From a virus (taxonomy: Duplodnaviria; Caudoviricetes), in IMG/VR virus record IMGVR_UViG_3300009687_000008, positions 1-64,000 of that record: a stretch of 64,000 nucleotides of DNA; one strand, given 5' to 3'. Under the pieces are notes generated by a model. That model did no database searches, was not told where the DNA came from, and was given only the letters and a program-made list of their open reading frames with translations. The translations under genes were made by a program, and so were the position numbers. Positions 44,971-55,746 of this stretch are shown piece by piece. Numbering within the stretch: the stretch's first letter is position 1; each line of letters begins with the position of its first letter.

Positions 44971-46787
44971 ACTAAAATTGAGTCTGTTACTGTACATCCA
45001 TTAGCATCAGTAACCAATACATTCAACGATGTATAAGAGGCTTCTGTAGCACAATATCTGTTTGATGTTATTCCTGAACCCCAAGAAAGTGGAGCTCCGA
45101 TTGTAGGTGTCATTGTCCAAGTTATTGTGTAAGGACCTACACCACCATTTACATTAACTATACCTTGGCGACATTCAGACGTACCACATGATGTGCATCC
45201 AGTTACACCACCGATATAATCTATACCACCAACAATAGATAGTGGCATTGCAGGTTGTGTAATAGTAACTTCTGATTCCACACTACATCCTGCCGGATCT
45301 ACTACTCTTATAGTATGAGTACCAGCTGTTAACGTTATGTTAGTTGACGTTGAGAATACTGTCCCAACTAAAACATTGTCTCTATAGAAAGACATCGGAT
45401 AGGTGGTTGTGAAACCAGGTATTGTAGTACCATCTGTTGTGTAATAAACACTAAAAGTACCTGTTATTGAACCACCAAAACAAGGTATATTATAACCGTT
45501 AGTTGTTGAGAATGAAGGTACAGTTAAGTTAAACACGGGTCTTTGGTACATCACTTGTGAAGTGGAAGGACCTGTACACCCATTAGCATCTGTAATTGTT
45601 GCTGAATAGGTGCCAACATTTAGGTTTGTTAAACTATAAGGACCTGTTAATGATAGGGAAGTTAATGGTACACTATTTTTTTGTATATTAACAGCATATG
45701 GTGGGGTTCCACCACCTGGTGTGAATAAAATAGACCCATTACTATTACCATAACAAGTAACATTTGTTTTAGAACTCGTAAACGAAACCGATGAAGGTTG
45801 TGATAATACGGTAGGTCCCACTGTCGTGAAGTTACCAACACTATCATATATAGTTGTATTATATGTACCTGCAGGTAAATTTATGAAAGTACCCGTATTG
45901 TTTGTTACACCAGTAGGCCCTGTTAATATATAAGTGTAACCTGAAAATGCGTTACCACCATTAGCTGTTAAAATAATAGTACCTGTATTACCACCATTAC
46001 AGTCAATATTTCCTGTCGTAACAACAGAACCACTAACCGCGGAAGGTTGTGTGATTGTGAATACGGTAGATATTGTCACAGGTGGGACGGCTGAATCTGT
46101 AACTTGTGCACTATACACACCAGCACATAAACCAGTTAAACCTGTTATAGTTGTAGAAGGTCCTGCAACAACAGTTGTTGCTGTATAAGCCGGTGGTGTA
46201 AAAGAGTACCAAGTATATGTATAAGGTGGTTGTCCACCACTAGGTGTTATACTTGCAGTACCATTACAACCTACTGTTGCATTAGTTGTAGAACCTTGTG
46301 ATTGCATGTTAACATATAAAGCTTGTGGTTGTTGTAGATAGTATGAAACATATGAAAAATCACAATTACCATCAGTAATTTTTAATGTATAATTTCCTGT
46401 TTTTAAACCTGAAATAGATAAACTATTAGAGGTGAAACCGTTTGGTCCTGTCCAAGAATATGTATAAGGTCCAGGACAACCAGGGTTTATTGTTGCACTA
46501 ATTGTACCATCACTACCACCAAAATAACTAATTGGTGTTGACGATATTGATGCTGTACAGTTATTGAGTGTTAAACAAGGTTTTTGTCCACTACCACTAT
46601 TTGTGGTATTCCATAAACCACTTAAATCGATAATCTCATAAACAGGGTTTTCAACATCAGTATAAATCCCAATATCTTCAAAATCTTGTTTTAACATTAT
46701 CTGAAAGTTCAAAGTAGTGGAAGTAACAACTAAATTAGTTGTTCTACCAAAATCTTCATAACCTACTTTTTTTCTTATGTATTCCAT
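44967..46787 (-). CDS. SprB-repeat-containing putative virion adhesin
   Basis: Repeated C.G...G.I...GG..PYTYSW...LTGL.AG.Y...VTDANGC...ITQP units. Confidence 0.8.
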   Translation of the reverse strand: MEYIRKKVGYEDFGRTTNLVVTSTTLNFQIMLKQDFEDIGIYTDVENPVYEIIDLSGLWNTTNSGSGQKPCLTLNNCTASISSTPISYFGGSDGTISATINPGCPGPYTYSWTGPNGFTSNSLSISGLKTGNYTLKITDGNCDFSYVSYYLQQPQALYVNMQSQGSTTNATVGCNGTASITPSGGQPPYTYTWYSFTPPAYTATTVVAGPSTTITGLTGLCAGVYSAQVTDSAVPPVTISTVFTITQPSAVSGSVVTTGNIDCNGGNTGTIILTANGGNAFSGYTYILTGPTGVTNNTGTFINLPAGTYNTTIYDSVGNFTTVGPTVLSQPSSVSFTSSKTNVTCYGNSNGSILFTPGGGTPPYAVNIQKNSVPLTSLSLTGPYSLTNLNVGTYSATITDANGCTGPSTSQVMYQRPVFNLTVPSFSTTNGYNIPCFGGSITGTFSVYYTTDGTTIPGFTTTYPMSFYRDNVLVGTVFSTSTNITLTAGTHTIRVVDPAGCSVESEVTITQPAMPLSIVGGIDYIGGVTGCTSCGTSECRQGIVNVNGGVGPYTITWTMTPTIGAPLSWGSGITSNRYCATEASYTSLNVLVTDANGCTVTDSILV

Positions 46788-47584
46788 TAAACCATAATAA
46801 ATTCAGATAGTGTTATCACACTAGGTGTGTTAGCCCCAAAAGGCATATAAGGTCTAAAATTAAATTCCCCATTATTTAATTTTGGATTTAATAACTCAAT
46901 AGCACTTGTTCTCCAATCTCTATTACCTGTATTACTATATTGAGCTATCGTCAATGGGGATGTGATATATGTTGGTGGATTTATGAATCTTGTTACTTTA
47001 CCTGTTTTTGCATTAAAGAATCTAGCATCCATATAGACCACCCTATTGTTATTGTTTTCTTTAAAATATTCATCATTTCTTAACCAATAAAGTCGATTAA
47101 AAGGGATGATTGGTTGTGTTGTTTCACCAACATCCAAATCTTCTGTGAATATTAAATTATTCGTGTCACCACTATTTGTATCGTAAAAATATAATCTAAA
47201 GAAACTTTTTTTAAACCCATTTCTTCTTTTATTTATATCTAAATTTGTAAAATCAGCTGCACTATAAGATGTTGTAAAAGTAGATGATGTTGTGTTCCAA
47301 AATCTAAATTGTATCAACAAACCTTTACCGTAATTAACTAGAGGGTTATTATCATCTCTAAATTTATACTTTGTTGTTTCAGCATCAAAAGTTGGATTTA
47401 TTGCCTTTTTTCTCTCAGCAACAACAATATCTTGTACATCCTCACCGTAATCAACAGGGAAGAAATTTAAACCCAAAGGGACAGTTATAGATTTATATAA
47501 ACCACCATCCGTTCCACCACTTACTGTGAAAGTTTGTCCAGTTACTGACTGAAATGTATTTTGTATTTGATATTTTATTAACAT
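46787..47584 (-). CDS. Putative virion structural protein
   Basis: 265 aa in the baseplate-proximal operon. Confidence 0.65.
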   Translation of the reverse strand: MLIKYQIQNTFQSVTGQTFTVSGGTDGGLYKSITVPLGLNFFPVDYGEDVQDIVVAERKKAINPTFDAETTKYKFRDDNNPLVNYGKGLLIQFRFWNTTSSTFTTSYSAADFTNLDINKRRNGFKKSFFRLYFYDTNSGDTNNLIFTEDLDVGETTQPIIPFNRLYWLRNDEYFKENNNNRVVYMDARFFNAKTGKVTRFINPPTYITSPLTIAQYSNTGNRDWRTSAIELLNPKLNNGEFNFRPYMPFGANTPSVITLSEFIMV

Positions 47585-49407
47585 TCTTCGTTTATATTTC
47601 TAATAACCCTAGCATCATCTTGGTTTATTAAAATTGGTGGGGTTTGTCTTCTTATGTATAGATTATGATTAAAGTAAAAATAATGTGCTCCATTGACGAA
47701 TGGATAGTCAACACCATTAACACCTTCTTCAAAATATCCTATTGTTAACAAATCCCTCCAAGCTATTGAACCATCAGGGTAGGTTTCGTAATTATCGGGG
47801 ATGTCAACCATTGTTTCACCGGAAGCAGCAGTTTCAATAACATTTGAATATTTCCTAACTTGTAATTTTTTAAAAGGTTTATAATAATAACCTTCCCCGT
47901 TAGGGTTTGAATTAACACCAAACCTGTGAATAACATCTGAGATAACAACTTCTCTCAATTCTTTACTGTTGTAATCTATAAAATCACCAATATACATGTC
48001 ACCATCTACTCCAACAATTTCACCATCAGTGCCTATAGTTTCAGTTCTTGCTGAAAACTTTTCAATACTACCAATACCTGAAGGATTGTTAATTGATATA
48101 AATTCTAACCCATTTGCTGTTGTAGTTGTTTCATGGTTAAAATCCCAATCAGCAGTTACGTGTGAAAAATTGTAAGGATTCTTACCTGACCTTCTTATAA
48201 TAGTATAGTAAAGTTCTGAAATAGGTCCATTTCTACTATCTCTAATTCTCTCAACACTAACGTCTTGTGTGAATTGAAACATCCACGTATCATTGACCGC
48301 CCCTATAGTAGGATCACTCACATCTGAGTATATATTACTACTAAAAGCACAAGGATAAACATCGTAACTATTAGTTGTTAATAGTTCAAACTTCCTTATA
48401 TAATATTCGGAAGGTGTACCATCTAATCTTCTCCACTGTGGTAACGGGGAGTAACTTTGAGTAAAACCTTTTGTTAGGGAGATGGTTGCTCTAATAACAA
48501 ATTTTGTTGTATTAATCACATTATAAACTCTCCATGTACCGTTTAATATGTTAGATGTACCAAACCTTATGTCCACAAAATCCCCAACCAATAGATTATG
48601 TGGAAGGGTTGTGTTTATTGTTGTATATTTTACCTCATTTAATCCATATGTATCAATAGTAGTCCCACTAATATCAGTTGCTGTAGCGAAATTAAAATTC
48701 TGTGGGTTATTAAAATTAACATCATCAAATGATGGTTCCACAATTTTAACAAAATTACCCACACCACTAGGTATGGAATTAACAATAGTTTCTAGTGTTA
48801 AATCTTGTTTAAGATTTTCACCATCTATACCTCTACTTAATATTTTATGTATACCTTGTAATGGATTAAAACTGGTATTACTATAAAGGTAAATAAACTC
48901 ACCTTCTTGTAGATTATGAGATTGTACCCCCTTTACCGTTAATCTATCATTACCATTAACTACTGTTGAGCCTAAAAACTGATATTGAAACCCTCTGAAG
49001 GCTTCTGAAGTAATGTTACCAACAGGTGTTCTAGCCTGAATTGAGTAAAAAGGATCCATTTTTGATGGGTATGTTATTTGCATTACCCAATTACTAGGTG
49101 TTACCGCTGGTGTACCATAAAACATTGGACTCCAAGCTGAATCATCAAACTTACCCATAACGTATGCGGTAGAACCTGTCGATAATACATTGGAGGTGTA
49201 GATGTTTAGTTTCCCGTTGAAACGATAGTTAAAAGTCTTTCGTCTTTCTTCTTCAAATAATTGTTGTAGATTAACTATGTCAATAATATCATATTCAGTT
49301 AGTGGTTTTGTTTTCTCCTCTAACTGTAACTGTAAATTTGTGTCTGTATTGGGAGCAAGTTTATATCTTTTACTACCAATAAGTTGTGTAACATAGTTAT
49401 TTTCCAT
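47578..49407 (-). CDS. Putative virion structural protein
   Basis: 609 aa with two HNLxxG(E/D)F(I/V) repeats, adjacent to the baseplate wedge gene. Confidence 0.65.
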   Translation of the reverse strand: MENNYVTQLIGSKRYKLAPNTDTNLQLQLEEKTKPLTEYDIIDIVNLQQLFEEERRKTFNYRFNGKLNIYTSNVLSTGSTAYVMGKFDDSAWSPMFYGTPAVTPSNWVMQITYPSKMDPFYSIQARTPVGNITSEAFRGFQYQFLGSTVVNGNDRLTVKGVQSHNLQEGEFIYLYSNTSFNPLQGIHKILSRGIDGENLKQDLTLETIVNSIPSGVGNFVKIVEPSFDDVNFNNPQNFNFATATDISGTTIDTYGLNEVKYTTINTTLPHNLLVGDFVDIRFGTSNILNGTWRVYNVINTTKFVIRATISLTKGFTQSYSPLPQWRRLDGTPSEYYIRKFELLTTNSYDVYPCAFSSNIYSDVSDPTIGAVNDTWMFQFTQDVSVERIRDSRNGPISELYYTIIRRSGKNPYNFSHVTADWDFNHETTTTANGLEFISINNPSGIGSIEKFSARTETIGTDGEIVGVDGDMYIGDFIDYNSKELREVVISDVIHRFGVNSNPNGEGYYYKPFKKLQVRKYSNVIETAASGETMVDIPDNYETYPDGSIAWRDLLTIGYFEEGVNGVDYPFVNGAHYFYFNHNLYIRRQTPPILINQDDARVIRNINEEC

Positions 49408-51224
49408 TAAGATTTAACTCTTACTCTAATATCTGACTGAGGATATTTTATTTCAAACATTGTATCGTATTCACCAAATAACGCAAAATCATCAGTTAAA
49501 TCGATTTGTTTTGTAACGTTATCTAGGTAAGGTTGATTGGTAGTATTTAATGAGTACCTACCGTCAACTTCATTATAAACTTTAATATCAACTACGTTTA
49601 AAACCCCAGCAACATTATTAATTTGTTCTATTAATTGTGCCAAATAAACATTTTGTCCCATTTGCCACTTTTTAATATCAAAATAATTTTTAATAGTATT
49701 AATTGTATTGTTTATTAATTCTCCCTGATTAAATGTTTTATCAACATATAAATCAATATCAAAAGATAAATTAATAATCTTACCATCTCTAATTAGAACA
49801 TAGTCATTTATCATCCTATAGTCGGCCAACCAAGTAGCCATATTTTCTTTTAGGGTGTTTGTTGATGAATTATCTAATTTACCTTCAGCGTTTAAACCTA
49901 AGATGGCAAATTCCACTTTGTTTTGATTTTCAGCCACTTGCATTCTAAACGGTACTCCGTATTGACCTGGCATCTTAAACATTGTAGCAATATAATCTTT
50001 AATCGTAACCGCTCTATTTTGAGAAGCGAAATTATATTTGGTTATCCATCTAATTTCGTCGATTGACGGTTCGTCTGCCCCACCAAATGCTGGTACAGGG
50101 TTATTAACTCTTAGTGATTGTCTAACACTCTGATTTATCGTAGCATTAGGTCCGTTAATAAACATATCAACAAACCCTAAACTGTTTATCACATTACTAC
50201 CTATATTAGCCGCACTACCACCACCCACTCTATATCTAACATATAGTGTTGTGTTAGGTTTCGGTATTTCCCCTAATGCTGTAGTGTTGAAAAAGTTAGC
50301 AATTTGTAAGACATACTGATTTTGAGTATAGTTCTGTAAATTTTGTTGATCGGAGAATCCTGAACCAAATGTTAATTTACAGAAACCTGTGTCAGTGTAT
50401 TCTCTAACAAATTTTTTATTAATACTAATCCATTTACCTGGTTTAATACCTGAATTATCAGTACTTCTTGTTGGATCATCAACAAATATTTTATCTTCAG
50501 CTAGTGAATCCACTTCCCACCATCTTATATTATTATCCATAAACTCAGCAGTTGTTGGATTTGTAACTAATGAAGTACCTTCTTTAGTTATTACTTGTTC
50601 TACAGAAACTACATTGTTGTCAGGTAAAATAACCTCTAAGAATGGTATTGCATCAGCGGAATTAATAATTTTCTTGAAGATTTTAGATTGCCCATTACTT
50701 ACAATCTCCCTCTTAACTAAAGTGTAATTAACAATTTGATTGTTAGCGTTAATGTTTGGGATTATAAGTCTGTTTGGTATACCGCCAGAACTATATGGAG
50801 ATGAAAAATCAATGTCATCTAATGTTTCAAAGATTTGTCCAGCCCCAGCAACTTGGGTTCCGTATTTAACTATTGGTGCGTATCTTATATCGAATGTGTC
50901 ACCAAAAACAGGGACAGTAACAGAGAAATCAACTAAAGTTATTGATGACCTCTTACCTGGTATTTTTAACCCTAAAGTTCTAGCAATATTAAGAAGTGAC
51001 CTTCTTTCTTGTGCGTAATCAATTTGGGTTTCATTGAACATCCTATCTGTGTGATAAGATAACATATCAGATACCGCAGCATTTAATTCTAATAACATCA
51101 TACCGATAGATGCATCATTAAAATCTTGGTAGAGTTCGGGGTAAAAGTGTTTTACGTAAGTAATTAACTCACCTCTAACATCTGCGAAATTTCTTGCGAA
51201 ATAATTAATTTTCTTTTCTGCCAT
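49407..51224 (-). CDS. Baseplate wedge subunit (T4 gp6 / baseplate J-like)
   Basis: NFADVRGELI, DFNDASIGMMLLEL, SLLNIARTLG, GGADEPSIDEIR, QNRAVTIKDY. Confidence 0.9.
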   Translation of the reverse strand: MAEKKINYFARNFADVRGELITYVKHFYPELYQDFNDASIGMMLLELNAAVSDMLSYHTDRMFNETQIDYAQERRSLLNIARTLGLKIPGKRSSITLVDFSVTVPVFGDTFDIRYAPIVKYGTQVAGAGQIFETLDDIDFSSPYSSGGIPNRLIIPNINANNQIVNYTLVKREIVSNGQSKIFKKIINSADAIPFLEVILPDNNVVSVEQVITKEGTSLVTNPTTAEFMDNNIRWWEVDSLAEDKIFVDDPTRSTDNSGIKPGKWISINKKFVREYTDTGFCKLTFGSGFSDQQNLQNYTQNQYVLQIANFFNTTALGEIPKPNTTLYVRYRVGGGSAANIGSNVINSLGFVDMFINGPNATINQSVRQSLRVNNPVPAFGGADEPSIDEIRWITKYNFASQNRAVTIKDYIATMFKMPGQYGVPFRMQVAENQNKVEFAILGLNAEGKLDNSSTNTLKENMATWLADYRMINDYVLIRDGKIINLSFDIDLYVDKTFNQGELINNTINTIKNYFDIKKWQMGQNVYLAQLIEQINNVAGVLNVVDIKVYNEVDGRYSLNTTNQPYLDNVTKQIDLTDDFALFGEYDTMFEIKYPQSDIRVRVKS

Positions 51225-51229
51225 AGTTT

Positions 51230-51616
51230 TTACATTTTTAATGTTACAAAGTCAGAGGATTGGAAAGCCCCTGTTGTTACTGTGTAATCTATCTTAACGA
51301 CAACGGCATGAATATTATCATCCGATGGTGTTGTTGATAATTCTGTTATAGTTAAATTTGGAATATATTTTTTAACCGCTGTGTTTATTTCATTTTTAAT
51401 CCCATCCCAAGATGGGGCATCATTTTGTTCAAAAATATATTGTCTAAGATTAGCACCAAAATCTGGTAAATAAAGTCTTTCACCCTTATTAGTTAATAAT
51501 AAATGCATTAAGTCAGCTTTGATTGCCTTCTTAGAATTATCATTCATTTGAAGGAATTTACCATCTTTATCATCCGAGAATGGAAATTGAATATTTATGA
51601 ACCTTTCCTGTGCCAT
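51230..51616 (-). CDS. Baseplate wedge protein gp25-like
   Basis: IKADLMHLLLTNKGERLYLPDFGANLRQYIFE. Confidence 0.9.
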   Translation of the reverse strand: MAQERFINIQFPFSDDKDGKFLQMNDNSKKAIKADLMHLLLTNKGERLYLPDFGANLRQYIFEQNDAPSWDGIKNEINTAVKKYIPNLTITELSTTPSDDNIHAVVVKIDYTVTTGAFQSSDFVTLKM

Positions 51617-51627
51617 TTGTTTTCTTT

Positions 51628-51636
51628 ATAAATATC
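51628..51636 (-). promoter_or_regulatory. Phage promoter motif GATATTTAT heading the baseplate/tail operon
   Basis: Exact motif 11 nt upstream of ATG 51616. Confidence 0.65.
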
Positions 51637-51691
51637 TATTGAGGAAATTTACCAACAAAAAATAAAATCTAAAGTGTAAAGTTTAGAGCAT

Positions 51692-51716
51692 AAAAAACCC
51701 CCGAATTTCGGGGGTT
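51692..51716 (-). terminator. Rho-independent terminator after nrdJ
   Basis: AACCCCCG-AATTT-CGGGGGTT with a U6 tract on minus. Confidence 0.85.
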
Positions 51717-51724
51717 AATTTTTA

Positions 51725-54262
51725 TTATCCACATTTAGAATAACCACAGTCTTTACACTTGTAACATCCCTCTTGCATTGTCATTCCATATGGAGAACCA
51801 CAAGATTCACAAGCTATAGCTGAAAAATTTTCATCCTTTAAATATTTCTTTAAAGTTCTTGCGATAGCCTTAGAGAATGATACAATAGTACCTTCAGATT
51901 TCATTAATTGTTCATAAATGAAATTGATGTCAGCTCCATGACGTAACGATGTTGAAATCATACGTGTTAAAGCTTCTTGTTCATCAGATTCAAAAAGTTC
52001 TTTCAAATCTTCAAGTGTAAATCCATCAAGTTCAAGGTCATATTTACCTTTTCTAACTTTAGTTAATTTACCGTGTTTGAATTTTTCAGAAAGGTTAATG
52101 TTCTTCTTTTTGAAAGCGAAAATCTCATATGGGTCTTCACCTAATAAACCAACCAATACAATCCATTTATCACCTGAAACTGTTAAGTGGTGTACATCAC
52201 AATCTAAAGTTTTAGGTCTTTTTGGTGCGTTTGTTTTAGGTATTGTCTTATCGTCTACAGTATTTTCAGAACTTGATTTATCTGAAAGTACAGCTGTCAT
52301 AGTACCAGCTCTATAAGTAGTACCACCTTTAACAACACCAGTGTTGTATAATTCAGTATAAAGTCTTTTGAAGTCTTCGTATGGATATTCAAAAGGTAAG
52401 TTTACTGTTTTAGACATAGCTGAATCAATGTATTTTGCCATGATAGCCATTGTCTTAACGTGTTCATCAATAGTAAGTTCAGTTGTTGTAGCTGCCCAAG
52501 TTGCTGTTGCATCCCACTCACCTTTACCTTCTAAGAAACGAACTGCGTAATCTTTAACCCAAGATTCTCTCAATAAACCTCTTGATTTATCAAATTTCCA
52601 AACATAACCACCAAACTCAGTTTTTAAAAGGTTTTCATCACCTTCTTTAATCCAAGTCCAAGTTGTTGTTGAATCGTAAGTTTTGTTTTCCCAATCAATA
52701 TTTTTTGGTTTATCTAAACCTTCAGGTGCGTAAGGCATGATAGATGTTCTAACATACAAAGGCATAAATAATGGTTCTAAACCACCACTAACGTTGTTAG
52801 CGAATACTGAAGAGTTACCTGTTGGTTGGATTGATAACAAATGTGAGTTACGAAGACCGTACTTTCTAATCATTGATTTAGTTTCCTCAGAAAGTGATTG
52901 TTTAACGAAGTTAGAGTTTAAATATTTCTCTTCATCATATAAAGGGAATGCACCTTTTTCTGAAGCAATAACAGCTGAAGATTGGTACGCTTTATTAGCT
53001 AAGAAATCCATTAATTTTTGTGTTAAGTTAAGAGCTTCTTCAGAACCATAACGTACTTTTAACATCATAAGTGCTGAACCATAACCTAAGAACCCTAAAC
53101 CAATTCTTCTCTTATTTTTTAATCCTTCTCTTTGTGTTGGAAGTGGGACGTAAGTTTTATCGTTTACGTTATCCATCATACGAACTGCGATAGGTATTAA
53201 CTTACCAAGTTTGTTATAATCCCAATCTTTCTTATCAAAATCAACAAATTGTGTTAAGTTAATAGAACCTAATAAACAAACACCACCGATAGGTAAAATT
53301 TGTTCTCCACAAGGGTTAGTTGCGTTAATATGTTCACAGTAATAAAGATTATTCAACTTATTCATTGTGTCAACGAAAAGAACACCTGGTTCATTTCTCG
53401 TATAAGTTGATGTCATGATTAAATCCCAAAGTTGGTTAGCATTCTCGTATGTTTTGTAAACCACAGTACTATAACCAAGTGCTTTCCATTTCTTTAAGTT
53501 ACCATCCCATTCCTTTTTATATTCATCAGAATGTGTTTCATAATCAGGGAATTCTAAATTCCAAGGTTGGTTGTTTTTAACAGCATCCATAAACTCATCA
53601 GTAATCAATACTGACATGTTGAATTTGGTTAAGCGACCTGGTGTTTGTTTAGCTTGGATGTATTCTTCAATATCAGGGTGCCAAACAGATTGTGTTACCA
53701 TCTGTGCTCCTTTACGAATTTTTACTTTAGCTTTTTTCTTTTTGGTTTTATTACCACTACCTTCAGTAATAACAGCAGATTGTGTATCCCACATATCTAA
53801 CATTCTCACTGAACCAGGTGATTCATTACCAATACCACCGATAAAGGCACCTCTAGGTCTCATAACGTCAGCACAAAATCCATAACCACCTTCTGATTTA
53901 AGGATTAAAGCCTGTCTTCTAAGTGCGTCAAGAATTCCTTCCATTGAATCTTGGTCTTCTCCCATGAACCCGTCAACGAAACAGTTTATATAGGTTGTAC
54001 CTTTTAATCCTGTTCCTGCGTTAGATGTGATTCTACCACCTGGTACAAACTTAAAATCTTCTAAAGCCCATAAAAATTCTTGAGTCCAATGATTTGTATC
54101 TTTTTCGATTGAAGCCAAATCTTTAGCTACACGAAGTTGGGTACCGTTGATGTCTTCGTCACCATATCTGTAGGTTTGTTCATAAATTTCTTTACTAAAA
54201 TCGTCTACAAATTTAGTGTCAACTTTAAATTTCACATCATCCATAATTTGATTGTTTTCCAT
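51725..54262 (-). CDS. nrdJ: Class II (adenosylcobalamin-dependent) ribonucleotide reductase
   Basis: PGGRI, INCFV, TNPCGEQ, CLLGSINL, RRIGLG, QPTGNSS, SAMSKTVN, C-terminal CESC...CKDC Zn ribbon; no beta-subunit gene nearby. Confidence 0.92.
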   Translation of the reverse strand: MENNQIMDDVKFKVDTKFVDDFSKEIYEQTYRYGDEDINGTQLRVAKDLASIEKDTNHWTQEFLWALEDFKFVPGGRITSNAGTGLKGTTYINCFVDGFMGEDQDSMEGILDALRRQALILKSEGGYGFCADVMRPRGAFIGGIGNESPGSVRMLDMWDTQSAVITEGSGNKTKKKKAKVKIRKGAQMVTQSVWHPDIEEYIQAKQTPGRLTKFNMSVLITDEFMDAVKNNQPWNLEFPDYETHSDEYKKEWDGNLKKWKALGYSTVVYKTYENANQLWDLIMTSTYTRNEPGVLFVDTMNKLNNLYYCEHINATNPCGEQILPIGGVCLLGSINLTQFVDFDKKDWDYNKLGKLIPIAVRMMDNVNDKTYVPLPTQREGLKNKRRIGLGFLGYGSALMMLKVRYGSEEALNLTQKLMDFLANKAYQSSAVIASEKGAFPLYDEEKYLNSNFVKQSLSEETKSMIRKYGLRNSHLLSIQPTGNSSVFANNVSGGLEPLFMPLYVRTSIMPYAPEGLDKPKNIDWENKTYDSTTTWTWIKEGDENLLKTEFGGYVWKFDKSRGLLRESWVKDYAVRFLEGKGEWDATATWAATTTELTIDEHVKTMAIMAKYIDSAMSKTVNLPFEYPYEDFKRLYTELYNTGVVKGGTTYRAGTMTAVLSDKSSSENTVDDKTIPKTNAPKRPKTLDCDVHHLTVSGDKWIVLVGLLGEDPYEIFAFKKKNINLSEKFKHGKLTKVRKGKYDLELDGFTLEDLKELFESDEQEALTRMISTSLRHGADINFIYEQLMKSEGTIVSFSKAIARTLKKYLKDENFSAIACESCGSPYGMTMQEGCYKCKDCGYSKCG

Positions 54263-54286
54263 GTTTTTAAATTGTTTAAATAATAT

Positions 54287-54313
54287 AACCCCATAAGACT
54301 ACCCTATGGGGTT
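54287..54313 (-). terminator. Hairpin between helicase and nrdJ (terminator or processing/regulatory site)
   Basis: 11-bp stem on minus including one G-U pair; only a weak U tract. Confidence 0.5.
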
Positions 54314-54318
54314 AATAA

Positions 54319-55737
54319 TTAATTTTCTTGTTGTTGTTTTTTCTGTAAATCTTTTGCTCTTTGTATTCTTTGACGAGTTTCTGACTCTTTTTTAACTTCT
54401 TGGGTTTTCTCATAACCTAAGAATGTTTGAGATGTTTCAGTGTCAATATGTACCTTACCGTTATCGAAAGTACAATCTTCGAATACAACACCATCACGTC
54501 CGAAACGTGATTTTAAAACAGCTATAGTAGCACGTCCTGACTCTTTTTGTGGTAAAGTTCTAGCAATTGACATAATAAAATGTCCTATTTGTGCTTTCTT
54601 AATCGAACCACCCATTTGGTCACCTGTAACAACATCAGCACTAATTGAGCTTCTGTTACCTTGAACGGCTGTCCATCCTACCACACCGAATTCACTTAAC
54701 ATTGATTCAAACCCCCTCATAACGTTTCCTTCACCTGACCATTCATCACTATACTGTTTTGTTGATTCAACACAGTCAATATAGTCGAGAACAATCATGT
54801 CGGGTTTAAATCCTGTAGAGATTTCGTGTCTTACAAAGGATTTAATTGTTTGCATTGTTACACCTTCTGAAGAGAATTTTCTAATTCTCAAATCATTAGT
54901 TCTGTTAGAGGTTACTTCTTTGTGTTTATTTAAAACTTCTATTTTCCTGTCAGCCAACTCATTTAAGTCGATACCTGACCAACATGCCAAGTGTTTACGT
55001 TTAATTACGTCTGGCATATCTTCGAAAACTATTTGTAAAACATTGTACCCCACATTATAGGCTGTATTAGCAATTTTAGTAAGAATAGTTGTTTTACCAA
55101 CACCATATGGTGCTAAGATTACCCCTAACTCACCTCTTGATAAACCTCCGTCGGTTAATTGATCGATACCATTTATTCCCGTAGGAATCGGATGTCTAAA
55201 ATCTTTTTCTAATACGGCCTCAATATTTTCCGTAATGGAAGTACCGTCATCTTTTTCAGACCCAACTGAAAGAGCCTCTCTTAAAATCTCTGCACAAGTT
55301 TCGTAGTTTTCGAACTCCCCATTATCAACAATTTTGTTGATTTTTTCGTTTGCCTTTTTGAGTTCCTGTTGTCTACAGAAATTAAGTGCCTTACTTTGAA
55401 CGAATTCCCAATCCTCAACCGTAATCTCACGAATTTCTTTTAACATTTCGAAAACGTAGTCCTGAGTAACTTTATCTTTTACTTCCATTTTAATAATGGT
55501 TTCCAAAGTATCAGATGAAGGTACTTTTTCGTACTTCTCATAGTAGTCCTTAATTTGGGCTACTATGAGACGAAAATATTCATTGTCAAAGTACTTTGCA
55601 TGTACGATGTCAATGATTCTGTCAGAAAATTTGTGATTTGCTGGGTGTAGGATTTGGTTGATTAGTTCCATTTGAAACTTGTAACCTAAATAACCTAATG
55701 TAACATTTTTACCCATTTTTTTGTTCTGTGTATTCAT
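54319..55737 (-). CDS. dnaB: Replicative DNA helicase (DnaB/gp41 family)
   Basis: PTGINGID, GELGVILAPYGVGKT, IVLDYID, WTAVQGNR, KSRFG. Confidence 0.92.
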   Translation of the reverse strand: MNTQNKKMGKNVTLGYLGYKFQMELINQILHPANHKFSDRIIDIVHAKYFDNEYFRLIVAQIKDYYEKYEKVPSSDTLETIIKMEVKDKVTQDYVFEMLKEIREITVEDWEFVQSKALNFCRQQELKKANEKINKIVDNGEFENYETCAEILREALSVGSEKDDGTSITENIEAVLEKDFRHPIPTGINGIDQLTDGGLSRGELGVILAPYGVGKTTILTKIANTAYNVGYNVLQIVFEDMPDVIKRKHLACWSGIDLNELADRKIEVLNKHKEVTSNRTNDLRIRKFSSEGVTMQTIKSFVRHEISTGFKPDMIVLDYIDCVESTKQYSDEWSGEGNVMRGFESMLSEFGVVGWTAVQGNRSSISADVVTGDQMGGSIKKAQIGHFIMSIARTLPQKESGRATIAVLKSRFGRDGVVFEDCTFDNGKVHIDTETSQTFLGYEKTQEVKKESETRQRIQRAKDLQKKQQQEN

Positions 55738-55746
55738 AAATACTTC

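Noticed and set aside
44967-44997. Programmed frameshift joining the SprB-repeat gene to 44515..44997
   Set aside because: An ATG at 44970 gives an ordinary ATGA coupled restart; no slippery heptamer seen
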